Source: Bilabrum cf. latius (taxonomy: Eukaryota). Taken from it: 64,000 nucleotides of DNA. Shown one piece after another: positions 1-11,400 of this stretch. The notes beneath the pieces are model-generated. The model ran no database searches. It saw only the letters and a program-made list of their open reading frames with translations, and was not told where the DNA came from. Within the stretch, counting starts at the first letter, position 1. Each line of letters opens with the position of its first letter. Location: positions 1,302,001 to 1,366,000 of the forward strand of contig OZ237743.1 of NCBI GenBank assembly GCA_965178125.1, read 5' to 3'. Position numbers and translations under genes: made by a program.

Positions 1-316
1 AATAAACGGATCGACGGCGTGCACCGCCTTCAACCGGTTGCTCGCCGGCAGAGCAGCAAGTCTTATGGCCTGGAGACAGGAGACCCCCGCTTTCAGAGCC
101 ACGAGCTATGGGTCCACTCCTTGAGTGTGACCTCCACTTGGCGCCTACCCTCGTGTGCGATTCGATTTGGTCTCTGTTTGTTTTGCTGCCGCTGGCAGCT
201 TCAGCTCTTTTCGGCGTTGATGTCTGCAACTTTCCCACCAACGCCTGCTTGGCCTTGGCAATTGAAATAGTTCTAACAGGCCCATCTTGAGTTGAGTCTC
301 TGTTTGGCGCAGGCAT
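1..316 (-). CDS. Possible 5' part of a hypothetical protein running off the window start
   Basis: ATG at 316 (minus) opens a frame (MPAPNRDSTQDGPVR...) with no stop up to base 1; no recognisable motif. Confidence 0.3.
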   Translation of the reverse strand, partial: MPAPNRDSTQDGPVRTISIAKAKQALVGKLQTSTPKRAEAASGSKTNRDQIESHTRVGAKWRSHSRSGPIARGSESGGLLSPGHKTCCSAGEQPVEGGARRRSVY

Positions 317-1140
317 GGTGCTGCAACCGGGCGTACTTATTATTGGTTCTCGACTGCGTTGCTCTGGTTCTATATCGGCTTCCTTATTGCCTGCACGATG
401 ATCAATTCAAATCAAATTAGGAAGCATAGCCAAATAAAAATGATAGAAAAATGTTGGGGCATTCTTCGAGAACGGTGCATGCTCCCAGCACTTGTAGTAC
501 GAAACCGAGCATTGGGACTATTTGCGCGACACGAGAGGCCAAAAACCATGGCAAGGCGACAAAAAGTACAATCTGAGGCCATTCAGCACGCTTACCCTAA
601 AATGCGAGGTAGTACTAAACCGTCTCGTCGCTTTTCTTGTTATTTGCGGCTATATTTGCTCTGCTAGAGCTCGACCTCGAGACGTGATGGTGCGCTGCAG
701 ACGGTCGTCTATCGCACCTTATCTGCGAGAAAAATCGCCGAAAAAATCGAAAAACAGCACGATACAGGTATATTTGATCACTTTATATGGTGTGCATGCC
801 GGAGGATGCATTTGGTAGCAGCAAACTATCACAGTCGGCAGTACCAGTCAGCCGGTCTAAACTCACTTCCTCCTCGCTAATACAGACGCAAAACATCGCT
901 TGATACACTATGTAATTGCTGAGAGAGGCTTTTGGATGTCTCGCAAGTAAACGACAGCGAGACGCACGCGCTGGTGCGTTGGTTCTGGTTCAAGGAATAC
1001 CAAAAAATGTAGTTCCGTAGTGACAGAATGCGCGGCGCCAGTTGATCGTAATGTGCAGATTCAACTTGAAATGTCTGGTATATTCGTTGAGATGCGGGAA
1101 TTCAACGTATCACACACATCACTGCACACACATATAGGCA

Positions 1141-2066
1141 ATGCGCGCGGCTCTCGTTGCTTTCTCGGCGCTGACTGTATCTGCTTTTGCAGTAGACCCC
1201 ATCCCGAGTTTTGATGCCCCAGCGTACCTTGGCCGGTGAGATGATGGTAATGCGAGACGATGACGATACAAGTGTCCGCATCCCTTACAGGATGCTAGTT
1301 GAGTTCATCTGACTTCACAACCCCTTTTGGTTTCGTAGATGGTATCAAATGGCTACCGATCCTACCCAAAACGCAACGATTGAGGCTGGAACCAAGTGCG
1401 TCGCGGCAGACTATGGCGTGAACGCCAACAAGACTATCTCAGTGAGTAGGTCTAGTTGAAAGACAACGTGCAAACGGAGGACGCCACAATCCTGCACAAT
1501 CTTCATGAACGTGTGTGTATCCGTCGCTTTGGATGTCGCAGGTGTTCAACCAGTCCCGCCGAAAGAAGGACTACTCATTCGACAACATCTTTGGATGGGT
1601 GAGAGTGCCCAGTACGCGCGATGTTTATGCAGTACAGTATATCTGTAGGCTGCAACTGCGGTGTATCGCGCCCCTGCACTCCAATCGAGCAAAGCACCAT
1701 GCCATTCGTTTCGATTTCTCGCAGGCCGAGGCCACTGATGCCTCCAAGCCCGCCGCCCTCACCGTGCACCTCCAGGGCGTGCCCGTGGGCGCCCCCTACT
1801 GGATCCTCAACATCGGGCCCATCCAGGACAACAAATACCAGTGGAGCGTGGTGTCGGACCCCTTCAAGCTCGGCCTCTTCGTTCTGGCCCGGGACGTGCA
1901 GGAGTTCAACAGCAAGTACGCGAGCGAGGTGTTCACTTGGCTATCGAACAACGGCTTCGACCAGTTCTACAACACGCCCACGCTGACGGACCAGAGCAAC
2001 TGCACGTACGCGCCGCCGCCCTCTGGATTGCTCGGTGTTGCGACCACCTCCTTGCGCGGGGCATGA
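1141..2066 (+). CDS. Secreted lipocalin (ApoD-like), copy 1; exons 1141-1235, 1339-1441, 1542-1598, 1725-2066
   Basis: Signal peptide MRAALVAFSALTVSAFA; the lipocalin SCR1 motif AYLGRWYQ forms across GT-AG intron 1; also YWIL and LFVLAR motifs; ends TGA. Confidence 0.88.
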
Positions 2067-2400
2067 GCATTCAAGTCGAATGGACAGGCAGGCGATCTAG
2101 TACAGCGGGGTATTCTGCTGCTTGGGTAAAGCTATGGCGCTTAAGCCCTGGCCTTACAGGGCCTAGGCGAGTGCATCGCTTTCCTACTGAGTTGAATGGA
2201 TTGAGGATGCGCGTCGCTGCAGCTTGTCTGCAATCACACCAAACATGCTAATTACTTCTCACTTTGTGTCTGGATCTTGTATATGTCATGCTCTTGGATC
2301 ACACAAGGCAAGGATTGCATGTGTAGCGTCAGGACCCGGAGTGCCGCGTGCCCAAGGACAACGAAATCTCTTCACAAAGCCGCAATTGAAGCCTAGAAAG

Positions 2401-3459
2401 ATGCGTTGCGCAGTTGTGCTCGCGGCTATTATCGGCTCTGCTCTTGCAGTGGACCCTATTCCTAGCTTTGATGCCCCAGCGTACCTTGGCCGGTGAGAGA
2501 ACCACGAACACCAGAGCACGTCGCGGTGACAACGCAGCAGAACACCCCCCCCACAGGCTGTCGAGGAACAGAATGACTTAGGATAATCCTGCCGAGCTAA
2601 GTCTGCAATCAATGAAATACATTCAGCTGGTTTGCGCAACGCTGACTCTGTGCTGGGCTTCAAGTTACTAGTCTGGATGCATTTGTGCAAGACCGTCAGT
2701 CTCGTCATTGAATGAGTTCTACTGAAATCACGGGCCATCAATTTTCTTAATCGCAGATGGTATCAAATGGCTACCGATCCTACCCAAAACGCCACGATTG
2801 AGGCTGGGACTAAGTGTGAAGCAGCTGACTATGGCGTGAACGCCAACAAGACTATCTCAGTGAGTAGGTCTAGTTGAAAGACAACGTGCAAACGGAGGAC
2901 GCCACAATCCTGCACAATCTCCATGAATGTGTGTGTATCCGTCGCTTTGGATGTCGCAGGTGTTCAACCAGTCCCGCCGAAAGAAGGACTACTCATTCGA
3001 CAACATCTTTGGATGGGTGAGTTTCAAACAACTTTTCCCCCCGGAAAAAAATGTAGTCCTAGCGTGTTATAAGCACCAATCGATGTGTTCGGACAGTTCA
3101 ATTTCCCGCAGGCCGAGGCCACTGATGCCTCCAAGCCCGCCGCCCTCACCGTGCACCTCCAGGGCGTGCCCGTGGGCGCCCCCTACTGGATCCTCAACAT
3201 CGGGCCCATCCAGGACAACAAATACCAGTGGAGCGTGGTGTCGGACCCCTTCAAGCTCAGCCTCTTCGTTCTGGCCCGGGACGTGCAGGAGTTCAACAGC
3301 AAGTACGCGAGCGAGGTGTTCGGCTGGCTCAAGGCCAACGGCTTCGACCAGTTCTACAACACGCCCACGCTGACGGACCAGAGCAACTGCACGTACGCGC
3401 CGCCGCCGGCTGGGTTCCCCGGGGCTGCTGCAGTGACCACCTCCTTGCGCGGGGCATGA
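2401..3459 (+). CDS. Secreted lipocalin (ApoD-like), copy 2 (tandem paralog); exons 2401-2492, 2757-2859, 2960-3016, 3112-3459
   Basis: Same exon structure as copy 1 and a near-identical mature protein; signal peptide MRCAVVLAAIIGSALA; ends TGA. Confidence 0.88.
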
Positions 3460-3712
3460 GCATGAGAGCCTGGCCCGGCCACGGGGAGCATGAGGCACCG
3501 TCCATGCCTCGTTGGCGAGGGATGGGTGGGTGGGTGCCTCGGGCCGCTAGCCAGGCTGGGACGATGTAACAGCCTGTGCTCGCCCTGCCCCAGGCAACCC
3601 AACGGTGGCTCCATCGGCTTGACTTGATCAGATTCATGCCGATGCTTTTGCAGTTCCACGCCATGCACACGTTGTGCCATGCGATTGAGTCCAGGCAGCC
3701 GTACTGCCATAC

Positions 3713-5232
3713 TCACTTGCCGCCTGCACCTCCTGTTGCTGCTGCTCCTCCTCCTGCCGACGCTTTGCTGTCGGGATTGCTTGCAGCAACTGCCTCACCT
3801 GCCCCCCTAGCGTCCAGGTTGCACCCGCGCCACGCCACCGACACCCCGTCCCAACCGCACGAAGCCACCGTCCCGGCGGCCCCCGCGAGAGGGCTCCACG
3901 CCACCGACCTCACGAACTCCTTGTGGTGCTAAAGGCGACCCAGCAACTTCCAGCCGACCGAGGGCACGTCACCCGCCGTGGGAACCGGATTCATCGGGGC
4001 GACTGCCGCGGACCCCCAGGCCCCACCCGCCCCCTTGCCCCCGCCCGTGCTCCCCCCACCTTCGCCCGCTGCCCACACGCACACCGCTCTGTCGTACCCG
4101 CATGTGAGCAGCCGACCTGCCCCCACTGGGTCCCACCGAACCTTCAGCAGGGCCAGGGTGTGCCCCCCCGAGAGCCTGGCCGCAGGGGCCGCGGGCCACC
4201 GCACGTCCCACACTCTCACCGCCGCATCCACGCCCGCGGTGGCGAGCAGCCCCGGCCTGTCCTGCCTCCAGTCGCAGCTCGTCTGCTCCACGCGGGGGTG
4301 CGAGGGAGCGGATCCCCCCCCCGCCCCCGTCCCCCTGCCCCCCAGTTGCAACCCCCCCTTGAGCCCCTCCCTGGGGTCAAGCACCAGGATGTCCCCCGCT
4401 TCCGTCACCGCCCCAAGCTGGCCCCCGGGGCCCCACGCGATCTCCTGCACCCCCTTCTTGGCCGAGCCCCCGGCCCTGCCAGCGGGGGCAACCCCCGCCG
4501 TTGACCCCACTCCGGGGCCAGCTCCCCCCGAAGGCACACCCCCTCCCCCAGGGGCCCCCGTCAGCAGGGGGGCCCGCAGCGAGGTGACGTCCCACAGGGA
4601 CAGCCGGCCGTCGCCCCAGCCGGTGGCGATCTGCGTGCAGGGGGCCGAGTAGCCCGAGGGACCGGGCCTCTGCCACGCAATGGCAGACATGTCGGCTGAC
4701 GGCCCAGGTGCGTGAGCAGGCGAGGGCGCAGGGGCTGCTGCGGCAGTCTGCGAGCCTGCTGTGGCTGCCAGAGGCAAGGACGGCGGGGCCAATGCTCCGA
4801 ACACGGCGATGGGACGGACGAATCCGTCCGGGGAAGGGACTGCCCGTCTATCGTAAAGCCGGGCGCTACCATCCATGCAGCTCACGACAGCCTGGTGAGG
4901 GCTGCATCTGCTCCATGAGAGCTGCGACACGCCAGCAGGAGACGCGAAGGACACGTCGACCTTGCCGCGCTTCGTGACTGGGTCTGTGCGAACGAAATCT
5001 AGCCTACCCCTGCCTGAAAGTCCAAAGTTTTCGGCCTGAGCAACTGCTATAGTGTTGTCCAGGAATGGGCTGAACGCAACCTGTGCAGAAAGAGGGGATT
5101 TGGTACAGTTCGAACTGGCACGGCCGGCGTTCGCAGCTTGTAGCTGGAGGGTCGAAGCCGCCTTGGCGGGATCAGGTGCATACAATATCTTACATCATTA
5201 CACGGGAAGCTGTGCAGTGTCCAGGAAGCCAT
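3713..5232 (-). CDS. PEX7: Peroxin 7 (PTS2 receptor, WD40); exons 5232-5194 and 5080-3713; one in-frame TAG at 3929-3931
   Basis: The spliced N-terminus DVAFSPFLDNTIAVAQAENFGLSGRGRL matches the PEX7 start. The last WD repeat (HHKEFVRSVAWS...ASCGWD) lies after the TAG in the same frame. Ends TGA. Confidence 0.85.
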
Positions 5233-5481
5233 AGGTAGCGCTTATTTCGTGCGATCTATGGCAGCCAGAGCTTGCGACCGCTGTGTGCAATCCCCGAAGA
5301 TGAAGCAATTAATTTTGGTGCAGTGCAACCGCACCAAAATTTGGGCGACCATGTCGTCCAATCGAGTTGAAGCTCCTCAAATATTCGAAAGTGTAAGTCG
5401 ATCGTCGCAGATCTGCGAACTTTGGTCTGAATTCCCAGCGTTGGGCCTGCTGCCGGTTGGCCGCACCGCAGGCATCCGTTG

Positions 5482-8400
5482 ATGGAATTGTTGCAACCCA
5501 AAGCTCTACATCTACATTCCTTCGCGCAGCGCGAGGCTTTAGTTGGGAGGGATCTCACGGATTTAGATCTGTAGGCGCGCCGCTTGGTGGCTAGGCAGGC
5601 TGCTGAGCGCGAGCGGCGCCGGTGGCGAGAAGCCGGCGATCGCGCCGCGGCCGCGGGGCTCGGTCCACCGAAATTCAGGGACCAGCAGGCTCTGGAACGA
5701 GGGACAGCCGCTGTTCTGAGCGGGGGTGGTACGCTGCGGCTGGGTGAGTAGAGCGATGCCTCCGCCTCCGCCTGGTCGGGATGGACCGCCCAGGGACAGG
5801 GGGGCGCAGGCAGCTCCGGGGACGGCCCCCTCCTTGGGGACGGCACTGGGGGCACCAGGCAGCCGGGGGCGCGGTCCAAGGAGGCGCTCGAGACGGTGCG
5901 GGATGCTCGCCGGGCCCGCGCCATGGAGAGGGGGGAGCTGCCCGAGGACCCAGCGCACGACAAGGACGAGGGCGAACTGGACGGAGGCACTGGCAGGACC
6001 GCTGTCTCGGGTGCATCGCACGGCGGTGCTGGCGCAGCGGCAGGTGCAGGGGTGGTAGGAATGTCCACTTCCTTGTCCTCCAAGTCGGTGCACGAAGCCA
6101 GTCGGAGGCATGGGTCCTCCGGGAGGCAGGCAGGCGACGAGGAGGACGAAAGGGGGCTGGAAGCTGGAGCGGGACTTGACATGGTGGCGGGGAGCACGAG
6201 GGAGAGGGGGGGAGAGAGGGGCAAGGAGGACGAGAGTCGGGAGCGGGACCATCGCAGAACCGTGTCAGTCGATTCGACAGCCGCGGAGGAGTCGGCCGTG
6301 GCAGCCGCGGTGGCTGCTGCCGGAGGGGGAGTTGGTGTGGGGCGCAACTATGGCCAGGTGCACATTGGGCCCGACCCCCCAGCGGGTCTCACACCCGGGG
6401 TCTTGGCTGCGGAGGAGGAACTGCTGGCAGCGACCACGGCCCCCGGGGCGGGCGTTCTGTCTGGTGTGGGGGCCAGGCACAGTAGGCGGGGGCGGGCCGG
6501 TGGAAAGCACGCGCGCAAGACGTCGGGAATCCACAGCCCGAGGGCGCGGGGGGCCAGGGGCGCGGCTTCGACGAGACTCCCTCAGGCTGGCGGCGGGGGC
6601 CCGTCGGGGATCGGAGACACGCGTGCGGAGGACGCACTCGTCACGCCTGACATGCGGCTGGGAGAGCTGTCCTCCGATCTGCACGCGCGGCGGCACGTGC
6701 TGAGCCAGCTGGTGGCCAAGGGCCAGTGGTTCGGCCCCATGCCTTCAAGGAGGGTCTGGGGGGACGAGGCTCTGGAGAACAAGGCCGCAGAGAGGGGTGC
6801 CAGCGCGCTGACGAGTGTGGCTTCAAGAGTGCGGCGGAGGATGCGCCTGCAGGGGCTGCGGCAGGGTGCGGCCATGCGGCTGCGCACCAGGGAGCCGAGC
6901 GCGCTGCAGTCGGCGAGGCACGCCACGGCGTCATCTTCCACCTCCCCTTCTCGGCAGCGGGGGGGCGGCAAAGACGGTGTGAAGGGCGATCCCGGGCCTC
7001 TGGAGGGCGGGAGGGGCAGCCTGATGGACGCCCTACCCAGGGAACAACGGAGGAGGCTCTTCGCTGCGGCTGCCAAGGCCATGGGCGGGGGTTAGGAGGG
7101 AGTGCCCCAGGGTGGGGCGGGGGGCACATGGGGCCTGCGAGCCAGGGAACTGGAGGAGGCGCAGGAGGGGCAGGGCAAGGGCGCCGCGAGAGGGGCGGGG
7201 TTCGGGAGGGCAGCCCGGCCGACGGCGCAGGCGGCCGCTGCTGTGCTGGGGCCGCGGCGGGCGGAGGGTAAAGGTGCAGCGCATGGTGGTGCGGCGGTAC
7301 CTGGGCGCTTTCCGCAGGGCCGGGAGAATGCTCTGAGTCGGGCGGGGGGACGGGTGAGTCGGAGCGGCGTGCACACCCCCTTCCTTCGATAGGGGCCGTC
7401 GGTTGGAGGGCTGGACGAGGGCGAGGGTGAAGGCGGGGGGCCGGGAGAGGGGGGCCATGGGGGAGATGATGTGCACGTGCATGTGCACAGGGAGGGTGAG
7501 GCTGGAAGGGACAGCAGGGGGTCCATGGGGAACACCATGGGGAACACCACTGGCAGGGCGGGTGCGGGCAGCCGGTTGGCAATGATGTGGAGGAGCAGCA
7601 AGAGCAGGGTCGCAGTGGGCGTTGCTGGCGAGTCCAGTTCTAGCCGCAGTGGCTTGCAATCACGGCTAGGGGGCGGCGGGAGCGGCCCTTCCACTGCAGC
7701 GCACGACGATGACGCTGACCCGTCCGGTGTGTCTCGTCTGCTGGAGGGAGTGCTGGACAAGAGCGACCGCAATGCGCTTGCAGCTGCTCTTGACCGGGCC
7801 CTACACGCAGAGCTGGACAGGGGCGGCAACTACGTGCCTCCCGCTCTGCCAAAGGGGACCCAAGGCACCGACGGCCAGCGAGGTGGGCTGATAGGCAGCA
7901 CCAGCACCCCCTCACTGGGTGCCGCTTCTCTGGGGGCCTCCTCTTCGGCTGGCAGGCTGCCGGGGCAGCAGAGGGTCAGGGGGGGGCGGGGCGCGCACGG
8001 TGGTTTCGGGCTGGCGGCGGCAGAGGAGGCCCGCGAGCTGAAGGAGGCCGTTGATACGGTGCACAGGCTGACTGAGGGAGCGAGGACCGACGGGCTGCCT
8101 GCTTCGGGGAGGAGGAGCGCGCTGCTCTCGGGGCAGTCCTCGCTGGCACTCAGCGCGGTGGACATGCTGACCTCCAGGGCCAGCTCCAGAAGGAGGCGTG
8201 CATAGGGGCACGGGCGTGTCTCTGCGGCTGCGGGGGGCAGGGGCTCAAGAGCGACGGGTACCGCGCCTGAGACGGCGGATTCAGGGGCGGCTGTGGGCAG
8301 CGCAGGGGGGCGCGGGTCCACTGGGCGGACTAGTGGTGGTTTTGGCGGGCTGCTGGCGAGTCGGATGGGGGGGCAGGGGCGGCGGGGGCACGGCCGGCCC

Positions 8401-11400
8401 CCCATGGACAAGCGGTCGAGTCGTCGCTTCAAGACGGACATCGCCAGCATGATTGCGCTGGGACTTGTGCCACCACAGGACGCGGGGGATGGGCTGGTGG
8501 CGCTGCAAGGCCCCCGGCCGGGTGTGGTCGACTCGCTGCGTAAGGAACAGAAAGAGGCGGCGAGGGCGGTGCGGCTGCTCGGCGCCAGCACCTCCTTTGT
8601 GTCTCCGCTGGGCACGGTGGTCAACACGGCCCGGCGCGCGAGGCAGGCTCGGCTGCTGGAGCTGCTCTACTGGTTCGGTATCGCGGGGGATGGTCGGTTG
8701 TTGAGCAAGGAAGAGCTTCGAGAGAGGAGGCGCCTCATCCGACAGGGTCAGCTGGAGGAGCCCAGCATGCCCTACAGGAGGGCAGACACAATCTCTGTGG
8801 CGCCCCGGGTTTTCGCCCCCAGCGGTGGCGCGGGCGTTGGGAAGGGGCCAGCTAACGGGGCGCGCAACGGACTGTCGCAGTCCACGAGCAAACGGGCGAG
8901 CGGGAGCAAACGCGGCAGCAGCGCGGCGGCCGGGGATGAGGGGCCTGGGAGCGGCTCGAGCGGCGGCACCCGCGTGCCCGGCCTGGATCTGGCTGCCCTG
9001 GGCGCCACTGGGTTTGCGAGCACCGCGGCGTCCCCGCCGGAGCAGCAGATCGGCAGTCAGACGGCTCGGCTCGGGCAGCGATCCAGTCTGCTGGGCGCAT
9101 CCACGCCAGGCAGCATCGCTGGGGATGCCAGCATGAGCAGGCGCAAGGCCAGGAGGAGGAAGACGAGGGTGTCTCCGGGCCGGGCGGCGCGGCGGGCCGT
9201 CGCGGCGCTGGCCACAGGCAGGGGCGCGGCCATCCACAGCGCGGCCGCTGCCCTGTCTCAGGAACTGTCCCTGTCCCCGCGGGCGGCGGAATACTCCGCG
9301 GTGCTGCCGTCTGCACGCTCAGGCGCGGCTCATCGGCGAGGTGGGGGGCAGCGATCCGCGGCCTCTCCGGGGATGAGCGGGTCCTTGAGCATGTCGCGGA
9401 GCAGGGTGGGGGCGGCTGCCAGCCCTGGCACCGTGGGGTCTCCGGGCACTGTCTCGGGTAGGCTCGGAGGGGCGAGCGGTCTGCTGTCAGCCCGCAGCGT
9501 GAGCGGTTCCTCTTCGATGGGTGGGGGGCCTCGGGCGCCTCGGAGGCGGCTGCGCGGGGGCAAGGGCGCCAGTGCGCTGTCTTTGGCCATCCAAGAGTCG
9601 GAGAGCCGACGCCTGCGCATGAAAACTGGGTCTGTGGGGGCAGCCGAGGCTATGCGGGTGCAGGCTGCCACGAGCATGGCGGCGGCTTCGGTGCTGGAGG
9701 AGGAGGGGGAGGGGGACGGGGGCATCGATGATGGCCGTGGGAGTGGGAGTGGCAGAGGGAGCGAAGAGGGGGGCACAGAACAGACCCACATGGACGAGGA
9801 GGAGGAGCTTCTGCTGATAGGGGCGGGGGAGGGGGCTGGAGACCAGCTGGATGCTACTGTCGTGCCACTGTCACTCATGGCGGAGGAGCGTGCTGCTGCT
9901 GGTGGTAGTGCCAGCGGGGCGCAAGACGCTGGGGCCACGCTGAGCTAGCTTGCGAGAGGAGAGGGACAGCCAGGGAGCAAGGGGAACCAGCTGCCCGGGT
10001 ACCTGGCCAAAGCCGCTTGCCTGGGCTTTCTGCGGGGAGACGAGGCGGAGGCGTGCGCGGGCCCCGCAAGCTCGGGGGCCTCCTGGGTGCTCGGGCAGGC
10101 GGACGCGGACGCCGCCGCGCAGGCGGAAGCATCCGAAGGCGGGCGAGAGGTGCATGCCATCGCCAGCCGGGATGGCGACCAGGACACGGAAGGGCACACC
10201 CCAGACTCTCGGAATGAGCGCAAGCACCTGGCTCGCATGGAGCTCGAGCGGATGCTGCTGGCCGGTAGGGCGGCACTGGCGCAGGCCACGGCCCGCTCCA
10301 GCCACGCGGCAGCCTCGCTGGGGCCCCCCGGCCGGATCAGCCTCGCGCTGTGGCTGGATGGGTCGGGGGGGCAGGGGGCGTTGGAGGGCGGGAATGTGTC
10401 CGTTGGGTTCGCGGCGGTGGCCAGCGATGAGCCAGAGAGTCCACGGGTGGCCTGGGAGGGTGCGTCTGCGCTGCTTGCGGCGGCGCTGGGGCGTGCGGCT
10501 GACTCGGCGGGACAGGTGCTCTTTGGGGGCATTGTCGGGTTGGTGCGCGGGCTCGGTGCCCTGCAGCCACAAGCGTAGGGGCAGGGACAGGGGCAGGAAC
10601 AGGAACATGGACAGCACGGTGCGTCTGCCCGTGGTCTCGGCTCTAGGGGCGTTGGAGCTGCCCAAGGTGCGGGCCCCCTGCAACAGGGTAGTGCAATGCA
10701 CCGAGCTGCGATGGAAGAGGGGCTGGTGCTGGGCGAGGGGGAGGGGCAGCGCGTGCTGCGACCCACTGAGGATTCGGGAAGGGATGCGGCGGGGCAGGAG
10801 CTGGCACTTGGAAGCTCCGTGGGCCCCAGCGGCGAGGTGGGCCTGATGCAGCCCTCTTTGGCCACCTTGGACTCGCAAGAGTTGCAAGGGGGCGATCCCG
10901 TGGGCTTCCACGACGAGGCAATCGCATTCGCCTCGCAGCCCAGACTGCTCATGAGCCCGCCCCCCGTGCGGCCGGACCAGGACGCCTCCACAGGTGGACG
11001 AGTCGGTGCTGACGCCACCCCGCACAGGACCGGAAGAGGGTCTGTCGGGTTCGGTCCCGCGCCTACCCCCCGCAGCTCGTAGGCAGCAGCAGCGGTGGCT
11101 GGGCTGGTGGCTACGCCTCGTTAGCTGCTGGCTCTGCTAGTTGTGTGTGACCTTGCGATCGACAGGCGGGGCCTCGCGCAGCTGAGCCCCCGGAATGTGT
11201 ACGGGCCAGTGGCTCTGTCGAGTGTGGCGCAGGCCGCTCTGCAGCAGCTTGCAATCGAGGCGAGAGGGGCCAGCAGGGCTGAGAGTGGCACAGCGGGCGA
11301 GGGCGAGGGGGAGGGCGAGGGCAAGGGCAAGGGAGACGGCGAGGAGGAGGGGGAGAGGAGGGGGCAGCTCGTGTCCAGAGGGGGTGGGTCCAGAGGGGCG

